Source: Octopus sinensis (lineage: Eukaryota). Taken from it: a stretch of DNA of 64,000 bases. The stretch lies in NCBI RefSeq assembly GCF_006345805.1, contig NC_043022.1, positions 19,034,001 to 19,098,000 of the forward strand. Reading direction: 5' to 3'. The notes beneath the pieces were generated by a model that ran no database searches, was not told the DNA's origin, and saw only the letters and a list, made by a program, of their open reading frames with translations. This document shows positions 1-12,910 of the stretch, one piece after another. The number at the start of each line of letters is the position of its first letter. The stretch's first letter is position 1. A program made the position numbers and the translations under genes.

Positions 1-302
1 GGTGGGGGAAGGGTATCTTTTTTCTTCACAAATGTAAATAAACCCAATCTGTTTCTTAAACGAGGGACATATTCATACGGCACAGAATGTTTTTTTTTTT
101 ACCTCAATAGACGTCATTGACTGGTTGAAATTGCAGAAATTGAAGAAAAAACCCAACAAATAGCTTACAAACTATAGAATTTTCTCAATAAAGCCAAGAG
201 AAAAAAATGTTTTATAAACACATTCTACCAGTATACGAAGTTTAAAAGTATTTAGTTACGTGGAAATTATTTTAAAAAGCTGCCGGTCAAACCGAAAAGA
301 TC
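1..302 (+). mobile_element. MITE family A, right part (cut by window edge)
   Basis: Same internal sequence as the complete copies; ends in TIR ...TGCCGGTCAAACCGAAAAGATCC. Confidence 0.85.
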
Positions 303-303
303 C

Positions 304-337
<34 letters not shown>

Positions 338-575
338 CACAAAGTGAGAGGACTGTTTCAGAAAAATATATTTGCTACATTCTCAGTGCGGGTTTACTTA
401 TAGTGAGAGACGAGTGGTTTTGGAGGGTTTTAACTCCTCTTTCAAGCAGACAGGTGCTTATTGTACCTTGACGTTTTATTACTTATTTTCCATATTTGGA
501 TTATGTTTGCTGGCCACTTTATCATTATTTTTATAGATAATGATAACTTATTTAAATCATATATATATATATATA

Positions 576-932
576 TAGTTATCGCCAAGCTAACTTGGCA
601 GTCCAGATAAATAGGACGAATGCTGCCGTTGATTAGCTCCAAGAGGCCATCGCCTCTAGCTAGCTATGTGACACACAAACCTGTGTCCATTATAACCTTT
701 GAACAGGGGAGGTCAGCAGCTTCCCCTTGCTGGTCTGGCATCCACAGACTAGTTTCGAGGTGTTTGCCTCTTATCAATGTAGAGTAGCCGAATCCAGAAG
801 GCGTCGCTGCTGACCCACTGTTCAATGTTTGTGCGTCACATAAGCTAGCTAGAGGCGATGGCCTCTTGGATCTAATCAACGGCAGCATTCGTCCTGTTTA
901 TCTGGACTGCCATGTTAGCTTGGCGATAACTA
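576..932. mobile_element. Foldback MITE with about 105-bp terminal inverted repeats, probable TA target
   Basis: TAGTTATCGCCAAGCTAAC...GTTAGCTTGGCGATAACTA; arms pair for about 105 bp with few mismatches, plus an inner stem (GAACAG..GTCAGCAGC / GCTGCTGAC..CTGTTC). Confidence 0.75.
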
Positions 933-1058
933 TTAATATCCAGTACCACTGCCATAGTCTCCTTTAGAGAGAATTAGAAAATATATCTATATATCTCTAT
1001 CTATCTATCTATCAATATATATATATATATATATACTAAATAAGAAAATGGAGAAATA

Positions 1059-1220
1059 CACCTTAATCAATAATCAACTACCAGATAATACCCAATCACA
1101 TAATTTATTAACCCACTACATATGAACATCAAAGTCAAACATAATAGTACAGAACAAAACAAGTGGGTTAATAAATTATGTGATTGGGTATTATCTGGTA
1201 GTTGATTATTGATTAAGGTG
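1059..1220. repeat. Perfect 59-bp inverted repeat with 44-bp spacer
   Basis: 1059-1117 is the reverse complement of 1162-1220. Confidence 0.9.
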
Positions 1221-1677
1221 GTAAAACATTTTACCTTTGCCCATATAATACAATAAATGAATTAATTGCATCGCAATTCTTAACATTTATGTATTAACTT
1301 TGTTGGGTGCTTCACTGGCAGTATATTGGATACATGTTATCCCATGGTGGGTTGCACTCACAACCCCTATCTCAATTTATATATTTATATATATATAGAA
1401 GGTTGATTGTGTACGGACAGAGAGTGATCATTGGTTTCGCGCCTATAAAACGCTTAGTTGTATAGGCGACTCATCCGACTCAAATAGTCCGAGGCACACG
1501 CACGCATCCACCAATGCATGCACACACACACACACACACCGACACACACACACCGACACACACACACCGACACACACACTTGAATGCATGTAAGTAATAT
1601 ATAATTATATATAATATAATATATATATATATATACACACACACACATATAATATATTATATATATATATAGATATA

Positions 1678-1714
<37 letters not shown>

Positions 1715-1772
1715 ATATATATGCAGTCATCAAAATTGTTATGATGTCTTGTTGTTGAGATAGGTTTTCTTT

Positions 1773-1864
1773 CTTTCCTGATGAGAAGATTGCATTTTTA
1801 CACCGTTTACTGCTTTGCTGCTTTGGAATAAAACCAATGTTGTCTTCGAAACATATGTCGAAAG
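1773..1864 (+). ncRNA. Type I hammerhead ribozyme motif with extended stem II, in a Penelope-like 3' (pLTR) fragment
   Basis: CTTTC|CTGATGA|GAAGA..53 nt..TCTTC|GAAA|C-ATAT-G|TC^|GAAAG: stem I, core, stem II, stem III and GUC site are all canonical. Confidence 0.75.
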
Positions 1865-1907
1865 TAAAAGAATTTGAATAGCATCTGCGTTCAACTCCAT
1901 TAATTTA

Positions 1908-1949
<42 letters not shown>

Positions 1950-2055
1950 TATATCACATATGTTGATATTACACTGTATATTTCGTAAACTCCTCTCTCA
2001 TTCCATTTAGTTTTTCTCTATATATAATTAATACTTCTCGGTTATTAACAATAAC

Positions 2056-2091
<36 letters not shown>

Positions 2092-2680
2092 TATATACAA
2101 TCTTCATTTCCACTACTACTAGACACTGTTTCCTTTTTAATGTATTTCTAAATCTCTTCCCCCCCCCCCTTCTGCAGAAGACTTTTTTTAAAAATCAATT
2201 CTTGTTTTCCATACATTAATATTTCGAAGATGACTTTTTGGACGTGTATACTGGAATTGAAGAATGTATGGTACCGTTATATCTTGTAGATCTGAAGATC
2301 TAACCTTCTACACCTGTCTTTATTTGTAAAATGTACAATAGTGGTAACTAATTTATAGTGCAGACACGTAAAGTAATATATCATACGCTAAAATAAATTA
2401 TTTTTCCATAACGATGGCTGCGAAACGATGGTAATCTTATAGGTATCAACTGATAAAATAAATATATTTCTCTCATACCTCCTGAATTCCTTCATATATA
2501 TATATATATATAATATATATATATATATAGTATTATAAATAGATGAGTGTATTTTACCTTGTTAACAATAACACGGATAATGAATGAATAGTTACCAGGG
2601 CAGCAAAATCTCACAAGTAAAGATGTTGTAACTCCTTGTTTATAAAGGTTGAAACTTCGTGTTTCGTTGATATTTGAATA

Positions 2681-4576
2681 ATAGGAATAAAAAATGGAGT
2701 CAACGCAGGTTTTAACAAGTATTTTTCTTCTACATATGTTTCAAAAATTCCACTGATACTTATTCAAAAGAATAAAAGGTATAAACAATGCAATCTTCTC
2801 TTCGGAAAGTGAAAAAACGAAACTTGTCAATACGACATTTTAGCAAAAAATGATGGATTCGTATAGCGATAGACAGAACGCTATTAATATTGTTTAAAAA
2901 AACGTTATATGATATAACGTCATAAGTAGCTAACAGAAAGAGTAGGGATATTAATAGTGAATGTTAAAATATAAAGGAAATTAAAGTCTAAACTATTATA
3001 ATGATAGAGACTACTTATATGCACTAAAAGTATGCTTTTGCCAATGCTTACATCTGTATGCTCGTTCTATAACCGTGTTTACTAGAGTATTTTTAGAAAA
3101 AATAATGAAAAATAGCTCAGAATTGCAGAGAAGACAGAATTTCTTGCCTTTGTCATATGGTATCGAAATTGAGAGGATCAACCATTCCAAATGAAATTGT
3201 TCATTGTGGTCTTTTAAATTCCAAATCAGTTGCTGAGACCGGTACTATTCCGTTTATTTATCTCTAAATGTTGAGTAATGGATAGAAATTCTCTTAGATA
3301 ACTCTAACGATGTGCTTCCAATGTAAAATCGTACTTTATTACGAGTACTGATTATACACTGGTATATAGAATTTTTAATCTTAGAGTTACTTGACATAAA
3401 TTTAATCTATTGGGATTGACTTCAGATACATAACCTTGTTATTAATATTTCTAGAGGGTTGGATGGTAGTAGCTAATTAATGTTAGTATTAGTAAATGTA
3501 TTAATATTTAACAGTTTGTTATTATGAGAAGATATAATTTGCAAGAGATTTTTTGTGTTTGAAAAACCTATCCTAACCTTATGTGAATTAATTATAGAGT
3601 AATATCTAGAATTATTTGGAAAATTCCTAGCAATAGCTTGACGAAACAGCAGTGGGAGATTAGATTTATTTGTCTCCCGTAAGGAATTATTAACCAAATA
3701 TTTTTACTAGTATTCATAGCGTAATTACTTTTGAAGGTGTTATATTTACTTTTAGATCGGTAATAGGGGAATAAATAAGGGTTATCTGCCTTCATTCGCT
3801 TTGTATCGGTGCGTAAGTTATGTTTGTATCAATCAATTCTTTTACGACTAGAAATCTTATCTACATTATTGAATTTACAATTAGACTGAGCAGAATCAAT
3901 GTAGAAAATTTTTTCTGTATAACCTGCTTTGATTAAGGCAGAGTTATAGAATTCAGCGTTATTATTGAAAATATCAACATTAGCAGATAATTTAGATAAT
4001 CTAAATGAATAGTACCGGTCTCAGCAAACTGATTTGGAATTTAAAAGACCACAATGAACAATTTCATTTGGAATGGTTGATCCTCTCAATTTCGATACCA
4101 TATGACAAAGGCAAGAAATTCTGTCTTCTCTGCAATTCTGAGCTATTTTTCATTATTTTTTCTAAAAATACTCTAGTAAACACGGTTATAGAACGAGCAT
4201 ACAGATGTAAGCATTGGCAAAAGCATACTTTTAGTGCATATAAGTAGTCTCTATCATTATATATAGTTTAGACTTTAATTTCCTTTATATTTAACATTCA
4301 CTATTAATATCCCTACTCTTTCTGTTAGCTACTTATGACGTTATATCATATAACGTTTTTTTTAAACAATATTAATAGCGTTCTGTCTATCGCTATACGA
4401 ATCCATCATTTTTTGCTAAAATGTCGTATTGACAAGTTTCGTTTTTTCACTTTCCCGAAGAGAAGATTGCATTGTTTATACCTTTTATTCTTTTGAATAA
4501 GTATCAGTGGAATTTTTGAAACATATGTAGAAAGAAAAAATACTTGTTTAAACCTGCGTTGACTCCATTTTTTATT

Positions 4577-4581
<5 letters not shown>
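2681..4581 (-). mobile_element. Penelope-like element (RT C-terminus + GIY-YIG relic) with inverted pLTR
   Basis: Minus strand about 3990->2681 encodes FPNNSRYYSIINSHKVRIGFSNTKNLLQIISSHN, IYQC..FYIGST and W.I...PY...C.LC..E motifs; 2681-3250 is a near-perfect inverted copy of 4007-4581. Confidence 0.85.
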
Positions 4582-4664
<83 letters not shown>

Positions 4665-5088
4665 TTATTATAAACTATATAAACAAGACATTTAAAATAA
4701 ATAGTGTTGGACGTCATTGCTTACACAGCTTTGCCAAAAGTATATTGATCTAAAGTTCTATTTTGATAACTTCCCTGTTAAAATAATTACCAGCTATATT
4801 TTTAAAATTAAAAATTGTTCTAATTATTACTATTGATATTTTATTACTATTTTTAATTAAATTCATTTAGAAACAAAACTAATTCTGTTGTGAATAATCA
4901 AAAGAAGAAACGAAATTGAATCAATTTCAAAACATTCAAAACAGAGCTTTGAACAAAATGTGCGCATGCGCTTTATTTGAGAGTGTATGTGTGTCTGTGT
5001 GTGTCTATGTGCGCGCACACGCACACACACGCACGCACACGCACACCACACACACACATATATATATATATGAATGTGTGTATACATG

Positions 5089-5125
<37 letters not shown>

Positions 5126-5164
5126 ATATATATATATATATACATTCATAATACACACACATAC

Positions 5165-5541
5165 TCTCTTTTACTTGTTTCAGTCATTTGACTGCGGCCA
5201 TGCTGCAGCACCGCCTTTAGTCGAGAAAATCGGCCCCAGAGCTTATTATTTGTAAGCCTAGTACTTATTCTATCGGGCCCTTTTGCCGAACCGCTAAGTT
5301 ACCAGCATCGGTTGTCGAGCGATGTTGGGGAGACAAACACAGACACACAAACATATACACACGCATACATATACATATATACTACGGTCTTCTTTCAGTT
5401 TCTGTCTACCAAATCCACTCACAAGGCTTTGGTCGGCCCGAGGCTATAGTAGAAGACACTTGCCCAAGGTGCCTCGTAGTGGGAATGAACCCGGAACCAT
5501 GTGGTTGGTAAACAAGCTACTTACTACACAGCCACTTCTTC

Positions 5542-5545
<4 letters not shown>
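5165..5545 (-). mobile_element. tRNA-derived SINE family S1 (CORE-like)
   Basis: Head GTGGCTGTGTAGTAAG..GGTTCATTCCC, core ACCTTGGGCAAGTGTC, internal microsatellite, tail TGACTGAAACAAGTAAAAGAG; more than 10 copies or fragments in the window. Confidence 0.8.
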
Positions 5546-5626
<81 letters not shown>

Positions 5627-5912
5627 TATATATATGTATATATATATTTAATATATATATAATATATATATATATATGTATATATTATATATAATATATA
5701 TAATATACTATATATATTATATATATGCATATATATATAGATAGATACATACATACATACATACCACATACATACATACATGCATACATACATACATACA
5801 TACATACATACATACATACATACGTGCATACAAACATACATACATGCATACATACATACATACATGCATGCATGCGTGCGTGCATGCGTACGTACATACA
5901 TACATACATACA

Positions 5913-6240
5913 TATGGAAGACCATGAAAAGCAGCAGAAAGCTAGATGTGTTGCATCAAAGATGCTTAAAGTTGATTTGGAGAACGTACTGGTAAGTCTG
6001 TGTAGATCATTGAAGACATTCTACAGAGAGCCCAAAACATCATCACTTGGCGAAATCATCATAAAAGGAAGATTGAAACTAGCAGGTCATACTCTGTGGT
6101 TACCAGAACAACGCCATTTTAAAACAGCTTTCGGTGGAATCCACCAAAAGCAAAGAAGAGAGAGAAGCGTATCGAAAGCAACATGGCGTTGAAACCTTCA
6201 TAACGGACATGAGAGAAGCTAATATCACATGACAGGATGA
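5913..6240 (+). pseudogene. RTE-clade LINE ORF C-terminal fragment
   Basis: Frameshifted KLDVLHQRCLKLIW..YW / GRLKLAGH motifs typical of the RTE post-RT region. Confidence 0.7.
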
Positions 6241-6251
6241 AGAGAAAAACC

Positions 6252-6315
<64 letters not shown>

Positions 6316-6318
<3 letters not shown>

Positions 6319-6455
6319 CCGGAGTAAACACATAAATGTGAAACAAGGTGGAAAAAAGAGTACTCAAATACCAGTGGTAGGGTAATATGCTTTATTTTAA
6401 GCAGCAGAAAATTCAACAAAATCTGTTACTCTGAGTTTCTCGTTGCCGTTCATCA
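6316..6455 (-). mobile_element. Short repeat with a 5'-clipped minimal hammerhead (same family as 43556)
   Basis: Minus strand (A)TGATGA ACG-GCAA-CGA GAAACTCAGAGTA ACAG; the downstream sequence matches 43603-43702. Confidence 0.6.
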
Positions 6456-6639
6456 TATATATATATGCATACTTACATATATATATGTGTGTGTGTGTGA
6501 ATGTACATATATATATATATATACATAAATATATATATTTATAAGTATATATATATATGTATATGTATATAGATAGATATACATTCATATTTATAAAATA
6601 TACATGCTACTTCATGTGTGTGTATATATGTATAAATAT

Positions 6640-6675
<36 letters not shown>

Positions 6676-6676
<1 letters not shown>

Positions 6677-6990
6677 ACGGGAAGCTTTATGAAAATAGAC
6701 AAAAGACGAAGGCAGGTTTACGGAAATAAACAAAAGACGAAGGCAGGTGGAATACAAACAAACAATTGTATTAGTATGGCGCTCAGGAAATATAAATAAA
6801 ACAAGTCTTTAACGTTTCGAGCCTACGCTCTTTAACAGAAAGATACACAGAGAAGAAACACAGAAAGAAGGAGAGAAAAAAAATGCGTGCAGAGGCTAGC
6901 GAATCAACATGGCGATCTGATTTCGGCCAGAAGTCAAAGATCAAACGTGAGACACAAGAGCGAAATTAGGGGAGATAATAGGGTTAAATG
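6676..6990 (-). mobile_element. Non-autonomous PLE-like repeat (family H3) with variant hammerhead at 6806-6843
   Basis: Four copies in the window (also about 21205-21460, 33785-33980, 43765-43960); motif TCTTT CTGTTRAA GAGC GTAG GCTC GAAACGT AAAGA. Confidence 0.6.
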
Positions 6991-7116
6991 ACCTCGCTCC
7001 AACATAAGAGTGTGTGTGTGTGTGTGTGTATGAGAGAGTATTAGTGCGTATGAGAGGTCTGTACCTGTGTATGTATATATGATGTGATGTGTAAAGTCGT
7101 ATATATACACTAATAG

Positions 7117-7153
<37 letters not shown>

Positions 7154-8547
7154 CCAATAATTCAATTTAGTTTCAAGATTTTTGTTTATAGAGAAAGAGT
7201 CGGTTTCTAAACTAGATCCAAGGCTCCTTCATTGGAATTTCATCAACATTAACAATATTTGCTCATGTATACATACATACATACATACATACATACATAA
7301 ATACATACATAAATACATACATACATACATACACACATACATACATACATACATACATACATACATACATACATACATACATACATACATACAGATGTAT
7401 GTATACACGACGGGTTTCAGTTCCAATCTACGAAATCCAGTCACAAAGCCTTGGTCGGCCTGCAGCTATAATAGAAACATATACTTGCCCAGTGTGACTG
7501 AACCCACAATTATAAGTGAGTGTGAGTATGTGTGTGCGTGTGCGTGTGTGTGGATGTGTGTGTGCGTGCATGTGTGTGTTTATATGAGTGTGTTTATATT
7601 GTGCTTATATGCGCCTGCATGTGAGTATTTGTGTGTGTATGTGTATGTGTGTGTGCACATATATGTGCATGTGTGCGCGTGTGTATGTGTGCGTGAGTGT
7701 ATGCGTTTGTGTGTGTGTGCATGTGCGCGCGTGTATGTGTAACCTATTAGCCAGATAAATAAACAGGCCAAATTTAGCTATCCCTCTGGGTCGAAAGAAT
7801 TACGAACAGCCTTCATCGATTTTCTGGCGTTATTGGATTCTCATCAGTGATGTCTGCATCAATTTGACAAATCCTAGACCAAACAAGCTGGCAACCCGTT
7901 TATATATTCAGCAAATCCAGTAGCTACATCTCTGTATCGACCAAACTATCAAATGCTGGTTACAATGCACTTCAGATTGTATTATCTTCGAATGATGCCA
8001 CCTCGCTGGTTAGGTGGATAGAATGCAACTGTAGTCTGTCGCAGAGTTGCCCATTTATAACTGAATCGACTGTACCGACGTGAAATGAAGTGAGGTCGGT
8101 CTGGAAATCGAAACCACGGTTCCCCACGACTTTTGACAACCGGTGTTGGTTTATTTACATCCCCGTAATTTAGCGGTTCGGCAAAAGAACCGTTAGAATA
8201 AGTACCAGATCTTGAAAAGTAAGCACTGGAATCAATTTATTTCACTACACACTTCAAGGCTGCGCCCCAGCATGGCCGCATTGCAATGATTGAAACTAGT
8301 AAAAGATAAAAGGTATTTTCCTATGACAGGAGTTCAAAGGAAGGTTCATGGATATCCAACGGGTCCCTCTGTAAACAAAAGAAACTCACAAAGCCATTGA
8401 AATTTCAAAGGCATTCATATCTTATCATGACAGGTGATCAGTCTTGTTCAACGTAACACAATTTCTATTGGAGGTCATTACGCACACACGCATGCATACA
8501 TACATACACATACACTCACAAACAAAACACACACGCACGCGCAAACT

Positions 8548-8581
<34 letters not shown>

Positions 8582-8776
8582 AACACAGGCACACATACAA
8601 ACTTCTACGTATAGATACACACACACACACACACACCAACACAGGCACACATACAAACTTCTACGTACAGATACACACACACATCACCCACACATGTCAT
8701 ACATGTGTGAAATTTCCTCTATCAAATTTAAAACAATGACCTAACAACTAATATTATTAACATAAATCTCTTTCTA

Positions 8777-9157
8777 TCTCTTTCTATAAATATATATATA
8801 TATAAAGCTGAAGTTGTCTGTGTATGGCAGGTTTGGCAGCCTTCAACTAACACTATATCCTCCGAGACCCTGCGGCGCAAGTTGACCAAAATTGAGAGTC
8901 TTCCGTAGAAGATAAAATTCAAACCGGACCATGTTGACACCAAAAATCATTTACATCAAAAAGGTGCTTTATCCTATGAAAATCACTATTTTTTATGATT
9001 TTTTAACTGTTGTATCGCCATTTTTCGGTGTATTTCAACCAGAAAAATGTTCGCTTGAAGAGAATAACAAGCTACATAATGCAAAACTTTTACTTTTCAA
9101 AAATTCCAATTCTAAAGGGTCGAAACTAACCCGAGCAACGCCGGGCAATACTGCTAG
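8777..9157 (+). mobile_element. Non-autonomous Helitron (family B)
   Basis: A|TC..TATATAAAG start, 3' hairpin CCCGAGCAACGCCGGG, CTAG|T end; second copy at 32363. Confidence 0.8.
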
Positions 9158-9189
9158 TTTACAATAAATAATAGTAAGTAGAACTATAA

Positions 9190-9824
9190 AGAGAAAGAAC
9201 GAATAATATTAAAAAATCAGAACTTATATAAAATTTTGGGTTCGATTATAGATTTAAGAAAAAGTTATTATTATTCCTTATATGATAATTTATATTTATG
9301 AATTGGTACTTATAAAATGTTATCTTCTTCCTTATTTGTAATTTATTTATAAAGCTTTCTAATACATACAAAGATCATGAGGGTGGGGTTGTTTTAGAGA
9401 AATAGAGACTAAGTAACTTAGATATTATTATCTATTCTTTATCAGGTTTTGAATATTAATTAAAGGGATTTAGAAGAACTTTTTATGAGGACATTCCCAG
9501 TAAATAAGGTATTAATTAGCACACAGGTCAAAATCTTTAAAATATAGTGGAAGGGAGGTAACCAAGATGTAAGCTTCTAAAATTAGTAACATTTAAATTT
9601 AATATTAACAGTGAGGTGTAGTTTTATGGGGTATAATAATTTAGACTAGTTAAAGTTAATATTTATAATATTAAAAAAAACAAAAGGATTAGGTGGAGTA
9701 GAAATTGATATGGAAATTACCAATTCTTTAAAACTTATTGTGGATTAGGTATACAATTTGATAATTTTAATAATTTCACTAGATATATAGAATTTATGTA
9801 ATAATTATCAAAATTTTAAAAATT
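9190..9824 (+). pseudogene. Degraded AT-rich L1/Tx1 ORF2 relic; 9530-9824 has an inverted homolog at about 13040-13350
   Basis: IFKI*WKG and KKGLGGV post-RT motifs resemble FLWKG / KGGLG in the Tx1 at 59 kb. Confidence 0.5.
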
Positions 9825-10562
9825 GGATCTTTTCGCTTTGACTGGCAGATTTTTAAAATAATTTCTTTGTAACTAAACACTTTTAAACTTTGTATACTGG
9901 TAGGATGTGTTTATAAAACATCTTTTTCTCTTGGCTTTCTCGAGAAAATTTTGTAGTTTGTAAGATATTCGGTCTTTAATTTCTTGCATTTCGGCAATTT
10001 CAACCAATGAATGACGTCTATTGAGGTGAAAACATTCTGTGCTGTATGAATATGTCCCTCGTTTAAGAAACAGATTAGGTCTATTTACATTTCTGAAGAA
10101 AAAAAGATACCCTTCCCCCCACCCCTAACCCTAACCCTAATTAACCCTTTTCGGATCTCTTTGGTTTGAACGGCAGTTTTTTCTAGCGTTGTCATATGAA
10201 ATTATCACTCATAATTATGATCCCAGTATCGATCTATTGCATTTCAATCTGTTTTAGGGTTAGGATGGGGGGAAGGGTATCTTTTTTTTTCACAAATGTA
10301 AAATAACCCAATCTGTTTCTTAAACGAGGGACATATTCATACAGCACAAAATGTTTTTTACCTCAATAGACGTCATAGATTGGTTGAAATTGCAGAAATT
10401 GAAGCAAAAAAACAACAAATATTTTACAAACTATAGAATTTTCTCAATAAAGCCCAGAGAAAAAGATGTTTTATAAACACATACAACCAGTATATGAAGT
10501 TTAAAAGTGTTTAGTTACGTGGAAATTATTTTTAAAAACTGCCGGTCAAACTGAAAACATCC
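9825..10562. mobile_element. Two MITE-A copies in inverted orientation (partial minus 9825-10140, full plus 10153-10562)
   Basis: TIRs GGATCTTTTCG..; the minus copy breaks off within its CCCTAA repeat. Confidence 0.85.
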
Positions 10563-11208
10563 CAATTTGTTTCTTTATTAGCCACAAGGGCCCAAAATAG
10601 AGGGGGACAAACAAGAACAAACAGGACACCACAGAAGGGACAATACATAAAACGAATATGAATGAGATGATTATATAATAATGAGGTTATGAATGGCTGC
10701 ATGTGTGCCACTCATCACATGTAGCACCATTAATCTTTTTTTTTTTCACAGTCCATTATTATCATGGATTTAAATAACAATTAATTATCATGTTACATAC
10801 CATTGCAAGTATTTGAACCCTTATATACATACTCTACAATTGTTCTATTTTTCAATATTTTTTTTAAACATAACATAAAACACCTGGCTCTTTCTTCTTT
10901 TTCCTCCTTTTTCTTTTTTTTTTTCTTTTTTCTTTTCTTTTTTTCCTGTCAATTTAACATACTTATTAACTTTTTAGTAATAATTCATTAGTGGTTCATT
11001 TTCTATTAAATCCACTACTGGTGGCAATTCTTTCAATTCCACCCTCACTCCTGGTGGGTCAACACTATCTTCACACATTTCTTCCAGTTTCTTGTAGTTT
11101 TCCTTTTCAATCACTATCACTTTCATATCCTCTGTATATAAGTAGGATGGTACTTTCACTCTTACTATTTCATTAAACTTGACTACCATCTTCTCTGTTT
11201 CTACATTC
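10563..11208 (-). pseudogene. 3' end of a LINE, probably Tx1-related (ORF C-terminus, 3' UTR, tail GCCCTTGTGGCTAATAAAGAAAC)
   Basis: ORF 10974-11189 ends before a UTR whose terminal motif matches the Tx1 3' end at 57950. Confidence 0.6.
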
Positions 11209-11624
11209 AGATCTTTTTGGTTTGAATGGCAGTTTGTAAAATAATTTCCACGTAACTAAACACTTTTAAACTTCGTATATTGGTAGAATGTGTTTATAAA
11301 ACATCTTTTTCTCTTGGCTTTATTGAGAAAATTCTATAGTTTGCAAGATATTTGTTGTTTTTTTTCTTCAATTTCTGCAATTTTAACCAATCAATGATAT
11401 CTATTAAGGTGAAAACATTCTGTGCCGTATGAATATGTCCCTAGTTTAAGAAACAGCTTGGGTTTATTTACATTTGTGAAGAAAAAAATATACCCTTCCC
11501 CCCACCCCTAACCCTAACCCTAAAACAGATTGAAATGCAATAGATTGATACTAGGGTCATAATTATGGGTGACAATTTCATAGGACACCACTAGAAAAAA
11601 CTGCCGTTGAAACCGAAAAGATCC
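11209..11624 (-). mobile_element. MITE-A copy
   Basis: Both TIRs present; no matching TSD. Confidence 0.9.
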
Positions 11625-12028
11625 GAAATGTGTGGAGATAGTGTTGATCCACCAGGAGTGAAGGTGGAATTCAAAGAATTGCTTCCAGTAGTGGATTTAA
11701 TAGAAATTGAACCACTAATGAAATATTACTAAAAAGAAAATAAGTATGTTAAATTGAAAAGAAAAAGGAAAAAAAGAAAAAGGAGGAAAAAAAGGAAAAA
11801 TAGAAAGAGCCAGGTGTTTTATGTTATGTTTAAAAAAAATATTGAAAAATAGAAGAACAATTGTTGATAATCTATATAAGGGTTCAAATACTTGCAATGG
11901 TATGTAACATGATAATTAATTTTTATTTAAATACATGATAATAATGGACTGTGAAAAAAAAAGATTAATGGTACTACAAGTGATGAGTGGCACATGCAAC
12001 CATTCATAACCTCATTGTTATATAATCA
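11625..12028 (+). repeat. Inverted diverged copy of 10668-11081, bounded on both sides by MITE-A ends
   Basis: Direct reverse-complement alignment, roughly 90% identical by eye. Confidence 0.85.
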
Positions 12029-12455
12029 GGATCTTTTCGGTTTGAACGGCAGTTTTTTCTAGCGGTGCCATATGAAATTGTCACCCATAATTATGATCCT
12101 AGTATTGATCCATTGCATTTCAATCTGTTTTAGTGTTAGGGTTAGTTAGGGTTAGGGGTGGGTGGAAGGGTATCTTTTTTTCTTCACAAATGTAAATAAA
12201 CCCAATCTATTTCTTAAATGAGGGACATATTCATACGACACAGAATGTTTACACCTCAATAGACGTCATTGATTGGTTGAAATTGCAGAAATTGAAGAAA
12301 AAAAACAACAAATATCTTACAAACTATAGAATTTTCTCAATAAAGCCAAGAGAAAAAGATGTCTTATAAACACATTCTACCAGTATACGAAGTTTAAAAG
12401 TGTTTAGTTACGTGGAAATTATTTTAAAAAACTGCCGTTCAAATCGAAAAGATCC
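12029..12455 (+). mobile_element. MITE-A copy
   Basis: Both TIRs present; internal TTAGGG repeats. Confidence 0.9.
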
Positions 12456-12459
12456 CAAT

Positions 12460-12710
12460 TTCTTTATGTTACTACGATATCTAATAAAATTTGTGAGTTA
12501 AAAAGAAATAATATTAGGTTTAGCCTTAAATGGGGCCATAGTAAGAAAGGCACAGCCTTATAAAAATAGTAAGGATGGATGTGAGCTTTGCTCTATGGAG
12601 ATATATAAAATTTTGAAACATAAGGATAATGTAAACTTATTAAATAACCGTTTTGAACTATGAGTATTGTGTATACATTGTACTACCCTTACCTTTAAAT
12701 ATTTTAGAAA
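12460..12710 (+). pseudogene. Penelope-like GIY-YIG C-terminal relic
   Basis: AIVRKAQPYKNSKDGCELCSMEIYKIL..LLNNRFEL*VLCIH, homologous to the ORF at 4005-4247. Confidence 0.65.
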
Positions 12711-12719
12711 ATAGCATTT

Positions 12720-12910
12720 TTTTAGTTTCACCTCAGAGCTGCGGCCATGCTGATGCACCACCGTTTTGTGCTACACTGTTATTACTAAGAGCCTCCTCTA
12801 ATATGTGGCACTTGGTGAAGAATGGAGTTTGATATAGCTACTCTCATTTGCACCTCTTGCCGTGGGGTAGGTTCATCTGGGACTCTCGACAGGAAGAGGT
12901 CCAGCTTTGA
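12720..12910 (-). mobile_element. CR1-type LINE 3' end
   Basis: Reverse complement aligns to 28200-28385 (GTCCCAGATGAACCTAC...). Confidence 0.7.

Noticed and set aside
10120-10145. CCCTAA repeats as a true telomere or fusion scar
   Set aside because: They are an internal part of MITE-A in every copy.
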